A stretch of 64,000 nt of DNA from Ignavibacteriota bacterium (GCA_963776275.1 CAVZMI010000023.1:460063-524062), one strand, 5' to 3'. Numbered from the stretch's first letter, positions 1-9,851 are shown. Numbers and translations: made by a program. The notes: generated by a model not told the origin, from the letters alone.

Positions 1-755
1 TCTTCCCGGAGTAGGCGTCGACGGAGATACGAGAGGTATCTCCGATTTTTACCTGAACGATATCGTTCTCATCAATATCGACCTGGGCTTCCATACTTTT
101 TAAATCCGCGACAGTCATGATCTCCGTCCCCTGCATGAACGAACTTCCGCTCGCACGCTCGCCGAGCCTGGAGATAAGGTTGCTTATCGTACCATCAATC
201 GGTGAGTAGATTGTTGTTTTCCGGAGGCTTTCTTCCGCCTGGTTGAGCGCGGCTTTGGCAGACTCCCATTGCGCTTTCTGGACAGAATAGTTGGTTTTTG
301 CCGTCTCAAGGTGCCTGATCGGATATAAGTTTCTTTTCAAAAAGTCCCTTCGCTCTGTTATAGTCGGCTTCAGCTTTTATCATGGTCGCTTCGCCGACAA
401 CCAGCATTGCTTTTTGCTGATCTCGTTGTGCGATATAAAAATCTGGTTTTACTTTAACGAGCAGGTCTCCCTTCTTCACCTTCTGTCCTTCTTTAACGGG
501 CAGTGCGATGATTTCACCGGAGACTTCGGCATTTATTTTCACCTGGAGTTCAGGCTGTATTTTACCGGTTGCTGAAACGATCTGTGTGATCGTTCGTTTT
601 TCGACTTTTTCAGTCTGGACGATAATGACCGTCTCACGTTTGCTTCCCAACACTACCAGCAATACCAGTGCAAGAACAACCACACCGATGATTGATAAAA
701 TAATCACTTTCTTTTTCGATTTGCGGCTTTTTGTACCATTAGCCATGACACTCAT
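1..755 (-). CDS. Efflux RND/ABC transporter periplasmic adaptor (HlyD/MacA family), 3'-partial, apparent +1 frameshift at ~312
   Basis: N-terminal TM, SATGKIQPE and AEVSGEI..LPVKEGQKVKKGDLL lipoyl motif. Removing one base at 310-315 continues DLETAKTNYSVQKAQWESAKAALNQAEESLRKTTIYSPIDG to the window edge. Downstream of TolC. Confidence 0.9.
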
Positions 756-773
756 TACTCCTTTTCTATCGAA

Positions 774-2114
774 TTAGTACGGAATTGTTCCCACCGCTAG
801 ATCGACATTCTTCTTTGCGGTTATATAATTATAGACAGCGTTGACTTTATTCGACAATGCTGTTGAATAATTCGCATTCGCAGTCAGGAGATCCAGCAGC
901 GTGCTCGCCCCCAGCCGATATTTCTCCTCCTGAATTTTTCGATCTTCATCTGCCGAGCGTACATTTTTTTGCGACACATCCACCTGTTTCATAGCGGCAT
1001 CCAGATCGAGTAATGCTTTTTTAATGTCCACCTGAACCGACCGCTCTGTCTGCATCATTTGTGCTTCGGCGTTTTTGTATGATACTCGCGCTGTTTGAAC
1101 CTGGTTATCAGTCTGAAATCCATTGAAGAGCGGAAGCGAAACATTGATCCCCCACGAGAGTGTACGGTTATCATTGAGTTTATTTATTTCAGACGCGCTT
1201 AATCCATATGAAACCGAACCGTTAACGGTGGGAAAGTATCCGCTCTGAGCCATTGTAATGCTAGAGCTGGCGGCATTCATTTCTTCAATAGCACCCTTAT
1301 AGTCGGGGCGAAGTGAGAGCGCCTGCTGAGTAAGCGCTTGAAAGTCTTTATATTGTGCATTCAATAAAGTAAATTCGGCGGTATCTACTTCTGCTTTTAT
1401 CGTTGGATCAGAAAATTGATAGTTGTCATTCACATTCAATCCGAGAAAAAGAATGATATCGGCTTTTGCCTTTTCAAAATTATTCTGTGCCTGTATCAGC
1501 ACCAGTTCATCATTTCCGACTTGATATTGCTGGCGATATACATCTGCAATCGCTCTTGCGCCAAGACGATTCATCTCGACAATCTGATCGAGCTGGCGTT
1601 GACTGCGCTTCCGATTATCTTCACTGACTCCTACAAGAGCATCATTTCGCAGGACATTAAGATAAAGCGATTGAGCCTGAAAAACCGTACTCTGTCTGAC
1701 ACGATATAAATTTTGCTCGGCGGCAACTGCATTCGATGTTGCCCGATTTACATTCGAGGTATTTTCAAAACCATTGAAAAGCGTCATATCGGCACTCACT
1801 GCCGTCCGAAAGTAATTGCTTGTCGATGTGTTCGGTAAAGGTACTGCAATGCCATTGAGAAATTGATACTCCGTGCGCGACTGTGATCGACTCCATGAAC
1901 CATTTGCACCGACCGAGGGGAGAAGTGCCCCATAGGCTGCCCTTACATTGCTTTCTTGGCCGTCAGCAACATTCTTTTGTTGAATGACACTCAGATTACG
2001 TTCAAGTGCTATTTGTACGGCGGCATCAATTGAAACCACCCGCGTTGTCTCCTGTGCAAAAGAAAATGATACCACGAAAAACAGTATAAATGTACTGCGA
2101 AGCATAGATTTCAT
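774..2114 (-). CDS. TolC-family outer membrane efflux protein
   Basis: Signal peptide, two OEP repeats (ALERNLS..., YFPTV...LPLFNGF..., YRLGASTLLDL), upstream of the adaptor. Confidence 0.92.
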   Translation of the reverse strand: MKSMLRSTFILFFVVSFSFAQETTRVVSIDAAVQIALERNLSVIQQKNVADGQESNVRAAYGALLPSVGANGSWSRSQSRTEYQFLNGIAVPLPNTSTSNYFRTAVSADMTLFNGFENTSNVNRATSNAVAAEQNLYRVRQSTVFQAQSLYLNVLRNDALVGVSEDNRKRSQRQLDQIVEMNRLGARAIADVYRQQYQVGNDELVLIQAQNNFEKAKADIILFLGLNVNDNYQFSDPTIKAEVDTAEFTLLNAQYKDFQALTQQALSLRPDYKGAIEEMNAASSSITMAQSGYFPTVNGSVSYGLSASEINKLNDNRTLSWGINVSLPLFNGFQTDNQVQTARVSYKNAEAQMMQTERSVQVDIKKALLDLDAAMKQVDVSQKNVRSADEDRKIQEEKYRLGASTLLDLLTANANYSTALSNKVNAVYNYITAKKNVDLAVGTIPY

Positions 2115-2171
2115 AAGATTTTTCTCCAGTAGAATGAAATTCTTCTATAATTAACGCGGTTATAAGGGAAA

Positions 2172-2187
2172 TGTTTCGCGTAAAACA
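2172..2187. promoter_or_regulatory. parS-like palindrome TGTTTCGCGTAAAACA
   Basis: 14/16 match to the parS consensus TGTTTCACGTGAAACA. parAB lie about 12 kb away. Confidence 0.45.
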
Positions 2188-2189
2188 AT

Positions 2190-2218
2190 AATATACGAAA
2201 AATCGTGCTTAAAAACAA
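2190..2218 (-). promoter_or_regulatory. Sigma70-type promoter for the tolC operon
   Basis: TTGTTT-N17-TATATT on the minus strand. The same TTCGTATATT -10 context occurs at 7196 and 61918. Confidence 0.55.
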
Positions 2219-2279
2219 TGTAACAATTCATCGTCCTAAACTTATTCCGACGGATAACTCATCATCGATTTATTATCCT

Positions 2280-3734
2280 CTACTTTCCGGAGGAATCGGA
2301 GTTGAGAATTGTATCTTTGATTCTCAGTAAAAATTCGAGAGCGGCATCATGCTCATTGGGAATTATCCCGTCAAGAATCGCATTCTCAATTGCTGTCTTA
2401 AGTTTTCCGATAATAGGACCTGGCGCAAGACCGCACACCTGCATAATCTCATCGCCTTTCACAGGCGGCTGCCAATTCCTAATCCGATCCTTCTCTTCGA
2501 CCTCTCTCATCTTCGCATAGACCCGGTCATAGTTGGCGGTATATTGCGCCACCAGCATCGGATTTTTTGACGTGATATCCGCTTTACAGAGAATCATAAG
2601 ATCATCGACTTCATTTCCCGCTTCGAAGAGAAGCCGACGCACAGCAGAATCCGTCACGCCGTCGTCGACGAGTGCCATCGGACGCAGGTGAAGCCGCACA
2701 AGTTTTTCAACGTAGGAAAGCGGTTCGAGCGGTAACCGCAGACGATGGAAAATTCCCTTTTGCATCCGTGCGCCGATTTCTTCATGTCCATAAAACGACC
2801 ATCCGATCCCCTCGCGGAACATCTTCGTACGCGGTTTTGCAATATCATGAACCAAAGCGGCAAATCGGAGCCAGACATTGTCCGTCACGGTACTGATATT
2901 ATCGACTACCTTGAGCGTATGAAGCAATACATCCTTGTGATAGTATTTCCGTCCATCGTCGGGGCTCGTACCAATGTCGTCCCGCTGATCCACTCCCGCC
3001 ATTGTGTCGACCTCGGGAAGAACGATCTTCATCAATCCGCTCTCGTACATTAATTTGAGACCCAGCGAAGGCCGTTCGCTCTTCATGAGTTTTAAAAATT
3101 CGTCGGTGATGCGTTCCTGCGAAACGATTGTAATTCGGTCTGTCATTCTCGCGATTGCAGCAAAGGTCTCTACGTCAATTGAAAATCCGAGCTGTGCTGC
3201 GAACCGGACGGCCCTCATCATCCGGAGTGGGTCGTCACCAAAGGTCTGCATTGGTTCGAGTGGAGTGCGGAGTATTTTTCGTTCGATGTCGCTTTTACCG
3301 TCAAATGGATCCTCAACCTCGCCATAACGTGATTCATTAAGCGATGCTGCAAGTGCATTGACTGTGAAATCACGCCGTGCAAGATCATCGGCGAGACTCC
3401 CTCCTTCGACATCGGGCTTTCGTGACGATTCACTGTAACTCTCTTTCCGTGCACCTACAAATTCTATAATGCGATCGTCCAGCGGCAGCATCGCCGTGCC
3501 AAATTTTTCATAGACGATAATGTTTTTACGTTTCAATACCGAGGCGACTTTTTTCGCAAAGGCGACCCCATCACCAACTACGACAATATCGATATCTTTG
3601 ACCTCTCTTCCGAGAAGCAGATCGCGTACATATCCGCCGACGACAAATGCTTCTACACCCAGCTCGTCGGCAATACCGCCGATGCGTTTGAGAATCGGAT
3701 CGGAAAGAGATAATATTTCAGGTTTTTCGTTCAT
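2280..3734 (-). CDS. cca: CCA tRNA nucleotidyltransferase with HD domain
   Basis: VGGYVRDLLLG..DIDI, DLARRDFTVNA, DDPLRMMRAVRF, HDIAKP motifs. ATG chosen at 3734. Confidence 0.9.
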   Translation of the reverse strand: MNEKPEILSLSDPILKRIGGIADELGVEAFVVGGYVRDLLLGREVKDIDIVVVGDGVAFAKKVASVLKRKNIIVYEKFGTAMLPLDDRIIEFVGARKESYSESSRKPDVEGGSLADDLARRDFTVNALAASLNESRYGEVEDPFDGKSDIERKILRTPLEPMQTFGDDPLRMMRAVRFAAQLGFSIDVETFAAIARMTDRITIVSQERITDEFLKLMKSERPSLGLKLMYESGLMKIVLPEVDTMAGVDQRDDIGTSPDDGRKYYHKDVLLHTLKVVDNISTVTDNVWLRFAALVHDIAKPRTKMFREGIGWSFYGHEEIGARMQKGIFHRLRLPLEPLSYVEKLVRLHLRPMALVDDGVTDSAVRRLLFEAGNEVDDLMILCKADITSKNPMLVAQYTANYDRVYAKMREVEEKDRIRNWQPPVKGDEIMQVCGLAPGPIIGKLKTAIENAILDGIIPNEHDAALEFLLRIKDTILNSDSSGK

Positions 3735-3744
3735 GATGCTTCTC

Positions 3745-3790
3745 CCCACGGCTTACGCCGTGGGTTAAGGTCTTGCGCCCTACGGAACTT
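3745..3790. repeat. REP-like palindrome CCCACGGCTTACGCCGTGGG
   Basis: Perfect CCCACGGC/GCCGTGGG stem followed by GCCCTACGG, a motif also at ~9448. Confidence 0.6.
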
Positions 3791-3818
3791 GTCAGTGATG
3801 TAATGCTTTTTTTTCAAC

Positions 3819-3901
3819 AGCCGGGTTACCGAGTAGTCCTGTTACGCGATAGTGGAACAGGAACGTCCTTTGACTAGCTCAGGACAAGTATCGAGGTAAC
3901 C
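3819..3901 (+). repeat. Hairpin repeat family copy A (AGCCRGGTnnnCGAGT...TATCGAGnnnACC)
   Basis: GGTTACC/GGTAACC terminal stem with an internal GTCCTTTGACTAGCTCAGGAC mini-hairpin. Termini shared with copies at 9852-10156 and 63346-63659. Confidence 0.8.
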
Positions 3902-3944
3902 ATATTAAAACCGCGAGTACAGAATACTTGGAGAAAATATTTCA

Positions 3945-4964
3945 TCAGCTTACTTGATCAATGACTTTTCTATATTTTAATTGTTGTTTTTCAATTGACG
4001 CTATGATTTCCTGTGCGACTTCAAGTGCCCGTTTTCCGTCTTGTGCACTCACCACAGGCACTGTATCATCAATTATTGACTGAAGAAAAAGTTCGAGTTC
4101 ATATTGTAATGCATTCACTTTTTTGGGCTTTGGCCGCTCATAGACAATGTTTCTCTTAACCGGTCCAGAATCGATCTGTCCAAGAAGTCTGGTTGCTTTT
4201 ACCGAGCGATCGTTCGAATCGACAAGGCGAAATATCTCCACAGTTCCTCCGGAGAAATCGATCGAAATGTAGGCGTTACTCTGGAAGAGCCGCATCTTCC
4301 TCATTGCGCGCTGCGAAATCCGGCTTGCGGTCACATTCGCGACGCAGCCGTTTGCAAACTGGATTCGTGCGTTTGCGATATCGATGTTTTCCGACACAAT
4401 ACCCACACCGCTTGCATCGATTTTCTCGACCGGTGCTTTCACAAGGCTGAGTATGATATCAATATCGTGAATCATCAGATCAAGTACGACTGCGACATCG
4501 GTCCCGCGTGGTTTGAATTGTGCCATCCGGTGCGACTCGATGAATAGAGGATCAAGATTCATATGTTCTACAGAAAGAATAGCAGGATTGAATCGTTCAA
4601 TATGCCCGATTTGAACTTTCTTCCTTGTACGCTCGGATTCGGCGATTAGCAATTCGGCTTCCTTCACGGTCTTCGTGATGGGCTTTTCAATAAACAGATG
4701 AAGTCCTTTCCTGAGCGCTTGCAGAGCGATATCCAAATGCGTTGAGGTCGGAGTCGCAATACTAACTGCATTTACAGCAGTGTATAATTCGTCGATTGTC
4801 GCAAATGAACGTACCCGGAATTCTTTTGCCACAGAACAAGCCCGCTCTGCATTGATGTCATAGACACCGATAAATTCTGCGGTCTTAATCGACGAGTACA
4901 TTTTTGCGTGAAGGGAACCGAGATGCCCTACTCCGACAACGCCGACTTTTACTTTGCCGTCCAT
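3945..4964 (-). CDS. Gfo/Idh/MocA oxidoreductase (UDP-GlcNAc 3-dehydrogenase GnnA-like)
   Basis: GVGHLG Rossmann motif, EKP, GHIERFNPA, DLMIHDID. Confidence 0.85.
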   Translation of the reverse strand: MDGKVKVGVVGVGHLGSLHAKMYSSIKTAEFIGVYDINAERACSVAKEFRVRSFATIDELYTAVNAVSIATPTSTHLDIALQALRKGLHLFIEKPITKTVKEAELLIAESERTRKKVQIGHIERFNPAILSVEHMNLDPLFIESHRMAQFKPRGTDVAVVLDLMIHDIDIILSLVKAPVEKIDASGVGIVSENIDIANARIQFANGCVANVTASRISQRAMRKMRLFQSNAYISIDFSGGTVEIFRLVDSNDRSVKATRLLGQIDSGPVKRNIVYERPKPKKVNALQYELELFLQSIIDDTVPVVSAQDGKRALEVAQEIIASIEKQQLKYRKVIDQVS

Positions 4965-4973
4965 AAAAACACC

Positions 4974-6512
4974 TTACTCTTTTTTCAGAAATGCTTTCGG
5001 TTGGGCGTTATGCCGCACCTTATATACTGTATAATATATTACATGAAAGTCTGATGTCCTCATCCCGTAGAATGCACGATGAAAAAGCGGGACGAGATCC
5101 TCGTCCATGAGGCGCTCCGCCACAAAAGCCCGATCGATAACGTAATCGGGAATACATGATGAAAAATAAAGTCTTTTTACCATAATGTCGTCGTAGGTAT
5201 GTCCCTGACGTCTGAGCTTTATCATTTCCGGTGTAACCACTCCCATTGGATCACATATCTTCCTATGTGAATAATAGCCGATGACGCCGGCATCCGGAAC
5301 CGTGACTGTTGCATCCGGCGATGTGTTGTTCTCGAGCCACGAGGCGATGTACTGAAATACATCTTCGGTCCCCTGGGCGATATCCCGCATATACGGCTGG
5401 ACGGAGCGGCGATAGACGAATTGGTTCTGGATCAAGACCATCGCCGTCAAAATAATAAAGATATTATAATCGAGTCTTTGAAACAAATTATATTCTTCAT
5501 GAATATTTTTCATCCCCCAGAATCCAAGTATCGTGATAAAAGGGATGATCAGCAGCAGCGAGCGCTGCGCAATAGCTGTCCCGCAACTCAGAAAAAATAC
5601 CGACAATATAATGACCCAGCCGGCGGGCAGCACAAGCATCCGCAATTCAGTTCGTTCAGATGCCGTCTGTTTCCGGCTTTTTCGGACTGCGATGATAAGT
5701 CCGATTAAAAAGAACAGAGCAGTAACGGCATCCGATTCACCAATGTACGCGGCAAAAGCTGTTAATCCCCGAAGGTTTCCGGCAGTACCCCCATCCGCAA
5801 AAAAAGAATTCGAAAGTACCGTTCCGAATGTCCGGAGCGCAAAAATATACCAGGGAAGGACGACAAGACAAAATGCAAGAAGTGATAAGCTGACGGTTTT
5901 AATAACCCGCCTCCGCTCAATGGTATTGAAAAAGATATCGGCAATGATAATAACGATAAAGACGACCGCCTCCGGCCTGACGAGTGCCAGCAATCCTGCG
6001 ATGACGGAGCCGATGACGTACTCGTTCCGCATGCAATACCAGGCGGCTAGCAATGCTAAAAATACCGCCAGTGAAGTTTCCAGTCCGCTCGACGACCACT
6101 GAAGGAATGATATGTTCATCGAAAAAGCGAGCATTGCCAGAAGCGCAAGAATTCTATGACGGAGTATTTCATTTGCGAGCAGGGAAAAAACAATAAGTCC
6201 GAGAGATGCAATAAATAGATCGAGCGCCTTGGTACCGAGTGCGACGTCGATAGAAAAAAAGTTCTCGCATGAAATCAGAAGCGTCCAGAGCGGACTCGTA
6301 ACGCCATATGACGGCTCATGCGGATTAAATGAGAAACCTCCTCCATTAGCGATATTCCGGGCATACTGGAGATAAACATATGTCTCATCCGGTGTATAAT
6401 AAAAATGAGCTATTGATGCACCGAAGAAAATCAAAACGATCGCCGCAAGTCCGAAAACGAGCAGCCGTTTTTGTGATGGTGTATATTCGGATTCTTCGAT
6501 TGATGTATTCAT
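4974..6512 (-). CDS. Multi-pass membrane glycosyltransferase (GT-C superfamily)
   Basis: DETYVYLQYARNIANGGGFSFN..GVTSPLW, SGLET, RPEA, DAGVIGYYS motifs and about 11 TM helices. Confidence 0.7.
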   Translation of the reverse strand: MNTSIEESEYTPSQKRLLVFGLAAIVLIFFGASIAHFYYTPDETYVYLQYARNIANGGGFSFNPHEPSYGVTSPLWTLLISCENFFSIDVALGTKALDLFIASLGLIVFSLLANEILRHRILALLAMLAFSMNISFLQWSSSGLETSLAVFLALLAAWYCMRNEYVIGSVIAGLLALVRPEAVVFIVIIIADIFFNTIERRRVIKTVSLSLLAFCLVVLPWYIFALRTFGTVLSNSFFADGGTAGNLRGLTAFAAYIGESDAVTALFFLIGLIIAVRKSRKQTASERTELRMLVLPAGWVIILSVFFLSCGTAIAQRSLLLIIPFITILGFWGMKNIHEEYNLFQRLDYNIFIILTAMVLIQNQFVYRRSVQPYMRDIAQGTEDVFQYIASWLENNTSPDATVTVPDAGVIGYYSHRKICDPMGVVTPEMIKLRRQGHTYDDIMVKRLYFSSCIPDYVIDRAFVAERLMDEDLVPLFHRAFYGMRTSDFHVIYYTVYKVRHNAQPKAFLKKE

Positions 6513-7165
6513 AAAGGAAACGTGTCTTTAATCCATATAAGAAGTTCCTCGGCAGAATAAAACACCATATCGGGCTGCATCGCCAGCACCTCCGGTTTCA
6601 TATACGAATCCCACACAACGGCAGCCGTTTTTACTCCTACGGAATGCGCTGCCTTCATATCAGAAACTGAATCGCCTACCATCAATACTTCTTCATTACT
6701 CAGACCGTACTTCTCCATGATTTTGGAAATTCCTTCCGAGGAAGGCTTATGATTGACGACATCGGAACCCGTAACAAGCATATCGAAATGTTTAAGTATA
6801 CCGGACAGCTCTAGTGTAATCGTTGTTGTCCGAATTCCTTTCCCCGTAAACACTGCCAGTATCATTCCCAGTTTCTTAAGATGCTCGAGCATCTCAACAA
6901 CACCGGGATACAGAGGGGCAAGGGAGGCATGCTGTTCTGCGTAGTATGCATAATAGTCTTCACATGCCGCTGAAGCAATTTCTTTGCCGAGCATCTTCTC
7001 GATGCATACTTCCTCCGGTGAACCGAAGAGCGCTATTATTTCCGGTTCAGAAAATGTTTTATGAAGGTATTTTTGCGCTATGTGGTTGAAAGTGTCGAAA
7101 ATGAGCTTGTTCGTCTGGGCCAGAGTCCCGTCAATGTCAAAAATAACGCATCGCAGTTTGTTCAC
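6509..7165 (-). CDS. HAD-superfamily phosphatase (PGP/PpaX-like)
   Basis: FDIDGTL, TGK, HKP, MVGDSVSD motifs. GTG start. Confidence 0.9.
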   Translation of the reverse strand: MNKLRCVIFDIDGTLAQTNKLIFDTFNHIAQKYLHKTFSEPEIIALFGSPEEVCIEKMLGKEIASAACEDYYAYYAEQHASLAPLYPGVVEMLEHLKKLGMILAVFTGKGIRTTTITLELSGILKHFDMLVTGSDVVNHKPSSEGISKIMEKYGLSNEEVLMVGDSVSDMKAAHSVGVKTAAVVWDSYMKPEVLAMQPDMVFYSAEELLIWIKDTFPL

Positions 7166-7195
7166 TAAGCCCTCATTAGTAGTTAAAATATCTTA

Positions 7196-7224
7196 AATAT
7201 ACGAAAGGGCAAGCCGAGGTACAA
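7196..7224 (-). promoter_or_regulatory. Sigma70-type promoter for the HAD/GT-C/oxidoreductase operon
   Basis: TTGTAC-N17-TATATT. Confidence 0.6.
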
Positions 7225-7271
7225 GGAGTTGAGAGAGAGGGCAAGAACCTATTGAGATGGCTATCTCTAAG

Positions 7272-7395
7272 GAAAAATTAAAAAGTAAAAAGGAAAAAGG
7301 GGTAGAAAAATAAGAAAAGGAGTTATTCCGATTCTGCTTGTGCTTTAACATATTTTTCACTTTTTCCTTTTTCCTTTTTCCTTTTTCCTTTATCT
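7272..7395. repeat. Inverted pair of degenerate heptamer arrays (AAAAAGG)n / (CCTTTTT)n
   Basis: Purine-rich array at 7272-7320 and complementary pyrimidine array at 7352-7395. Confidence 0.6.
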
Positions 7396-7403
7396 TAATC
7401 TCG

Positions 7404-7447
7404 ACCCCTCGACTCTCCCGACTGCGTCGGGATCGCTCGGGGTAAAC
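7404..7447 (-). repeat. REP-like GAG..TCGA hairpin with a nested TCCCGAC..GTCGGGA palindrome
   Basis: Minus strand reads CCCC-GAG-CGA[TCCCGACGCAGTCGGGA]GAG-TCGA-GGGG. Confidence 0.65.
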
Positions 7448-7470
7448 CTCAACCTGCTCCTGGAGGCTTT

Positions 7471-8643
7471 CTGACAAATCGTGTTTTACTAAAAAAAGGC
7501 CATGATGCCCGCCTGCTTGCCGGCCATCTCTGGGTTTTCAGCAATGAGATTCATTCCATTGAAGGGAGTCCGGTGGTAGGTGATGTGGTCGATGTCCGCC
7601 GGATCGACGGAAAATTTATCGGGCGGGGTTTTTATCATCCCCATTCATTAATAACTGTCCGGCTCGTCACGCGGACTGATGAGGAAATTACTCCCGCTCT
7701 CTTCACGCAGCGAATTTCCTCGGCTCTCTCGCTCCGCAAAAAAATCTATCCGGCATCGAACACATACCGGCTGGTGCACGGGGAAAGCGATTTCCTCCCC
7801 GGGTTGATCATCGACAGGTTCAACGACCTCTTTTCAATCCAGACTTTTTCTGCGGGTGTAGATCATTGGCTCGATCAAATAGTCAAGATCCTTATCGGAA
7901 TGTTACAACCGCAGGCAATTATCGAACGGAATGAATCGGCGTTACGAACACTCGAAGGGCTGCCGGCCCGCACCGGGATACTATATGGTGCGGAATCATC
8001 CACAACAATCGATATTGATGGAATTAAATACGCCATTGATGTGTTAGAAGGACAGAAGACGGGTTTTTACCTTGATCAGCGCGAAAATCGAAAAAGTCTT
8101 CGAAAATATACGGAAGGATCAACGGTACTCGATTGCTTTTGTAACGACGGTGGATTCGCATTAAACGCCGCCGCTGCCGGAGCATCAAATATAGAGGGGG
8201 TAGACAGCTCGGACAGCGCAATTACGCGTGCGAGGATGAACGCGGAAACAAATGGGTACAGCACCCGATGCATATTCCATATCGGCGACGTATTCGAAAC
8301 ACTCAGAAATTTTATCGATCAAGGTCGGTTATTTGATGTTGTTGTTCTCGATCCCCCGTCATTCACAAAGAGCCGGAAAACCGTCAATACGGCCAAACGG
8401 GGCTATGCTGAGATCAATACGAATGCGATGAAAATTTTATCACAAGGCGGGATGCTTGCAACTTCCTCATGTTCTCACCATATTACAGAAGAGACTTTTA
8501 TGGATATTATCAAGGAGAGTGCGGTTGCTGCCGGACGGCAAATCCAACTCCTTGAATGGCATGGAGCGGCTCCCGACCATCCGGTGCTCCCGGCAATGCC
8601 TGAGACACAGTATTTAAAATTCGGAATTTTTAGAATCCTATAA
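7471..8643 (+). CDS. rlmI: Class I SAM-dependent rRNA methyltransferase (RlmI/YccW family), probable CTG start
   Basis: YRLVHGESDFLPGLIIDRF, GQKTGFYLDQRENR, LDPPSF. The conserved PUA N-terminus (LKKGHDARLLAGHLWVFSNEI) lies upstream of the ORF-track start, in frame from CTG at 7471 after GGAGG. Confidence 0.85.
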   Translation: MTNRVLLKKGHDARLLAGHLWVFSNEIHSIEGSPVVGDVVDVRRIDGKFIGRGFYHPHSLITVRLVTRTDEEITPALFTQRISSALSLRKKIYPASNTYRLVHGESDFLPGLIIDRFNDLFSIQTFSAGVDHWLDQIVKILIGMLQPQAIIERNESALRTLEGLPARTGILYGAESSTTIDIDGIKYAIDVLEGQKTGFYLDQRENRKSLRKYTEGSTVLDCFCNDGGFALNAAAAGASNIEGVDSSDSAITRARMNAETNGYSTRCIFHIGDVFETLRNFIDQGRLFDVVVLDPPSFTKSRKTVNTAKRGYAEINTNAMKILSQGGMLATSSCSHHITEETFMDIIKESAVAAGRQIQLLEWHGAAPDHPVLPAMPETQYLKFGIFRIL

Positions 8644-8663
8644 GAGAATTCGAGAAAAACAAA

Positions 8664-9365
8664 ATGCGAAAACTGATAGTAACAGGATTTCTGATTTTAC
8701 TTGGAGTCATAGGAAGCACGACTCCTTCGAATGCCCGGGGTCCAGACTCGACGATGGTGTTTGCCAATCCTAATAATCCTCTCATCACAACGGATACATC
8801 ATCATACACGAACGTCTATGGACTCGATATTCTTTTTTCAAATAATGGATTTGGCGTCGGCTTTTTCCTTCGTAAGGAATATAGCCGTACTTTCCAGGGA
8901 TTTATATCGCTGGCAATCTCAGAAGCAAAAGATGAACAGGAAGTTGAGTACTATGATCCATATACGTATCAATCCTATGTCCCCGGAAAAGTGAACCGGT
9001 TCCTCGTATTTCCGTTGACTGTCGGTATTCAGTACAGACTCTTTGAAGATGAAATCCTCGACACTTTCCGTCCTTATATATCCGGAGGAATCGGACCTGC
9101 AATTGTGCTCTCGAGTCCTTATGAAAAGGAATTCTTCAGCAGTCTGAGTTATGCTCAGGCGCACTACACGTTCAATGCTTATATCGGAGGCGGAGCGTTT
9201 TTCGGGAGTGATAAGATAAACATCATGGGAGTGAGTTTTCGTTATTATTTCATCCCGGTATTCAATGGAATCCCCAGTCTGGTGGATGCTAATTCTGGCC
9301 TTGTGACAAAGAAAAAAGAATTCGGCGGATTCTTTATCTCTCTGAATTTTGGCTCAAGCTTTTAG
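8664..9365 (+). CDS. Exported protein, probable outer-membrane beta-barrel
   Basis: Signal peptide, alternating aromatic/Gly strands (FRPYISGGIG), terminal Phe. Confidence 0.65.
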   Translation: MRKLIVTGFLILLGVIGSTTPSNARGPDSTMVFANPNNPLITTDTSSYTNVYGLDILFSNNGFGVGFFLRKEYSRTFQGFISLAISEAKDEQEVEYYDPYTYQSYVPGKVNRFLVFPLTVGIQYRLFEDEILDTFRPYISGGIGPAIVLSSPYEKEFFSSLSYAQAHYTFNAYIGGGAFFGSDKINIMGVSFRYYFIPVFNGIPSLVDANSGLVTKKKEFGGFFISLNFGSSF

Positions 9366-9389
9366 CGGTTCGGGTCCAGATATAGCTCC

Positions 9390-9850
9390 TCCATATGCCA
9401 CCCTTACAGGATTCTATTTTCCCAAAAGCTATTTCTATAAACATAACGCCCCTACGGGGTTTTGTAAATATTGAATTATGCCTACGACCTGTAGAGAATT
9501 ACGACCTGTCCGCCGGAGCGGCTTGCCCACCGGAGTTACACGAAGGCGGGAGCGAAGGCGGAGTCGAGAATGCAGAATGATTTGAATGACGACCCCAACG
9601 GGGTCGGATATTAGAGCGGCGGACGAAGTCCGCCGTTATGGGGAGAAAAGAGATTTAGAACCCTGAAAGGGTGAGATATCAAAAAACACAAATGAGGTAT
9701 TTTACCCTTACAGGGTAACATTATTTTTCTTTTTTTTGTTGGGGTTCGTGGTGAGTGAGTCCCGATTACTTGTCCCAAGCTTGTCGAGGGATATCGGGAC
9801 GAGTCGAACCACAAGCCCCAACCTTCTCTATGTGACCCCTTTGGGGTCAT
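9390..9850. repeat. Cluster of REP-like palindromes
   Basis: CCCCTACGGGG, CCGCCGGAG..GAAGGCGG, GACCCCAACGGGGTC, GGCGGACGAAGTCCGCC, ACCCTGAAAGGGT, GTCCCAAGCTTGTCGAGGGA, TGACCCCTTTGGGGTCA. Confidence 0.7.
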
Positions 9851-9851
9851 C

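Noticed and set aside
2945-2985. Possible third in-frame element in cca (DDIGTSPDDGR)
   Set aside because: Looks like an insertion but lacks clear palindromy, so it cannot be supported without an alignment.
7193-7477. 94-aa ORF
   Set aside because: Translation of heptamer arrays and a REP hairpin.
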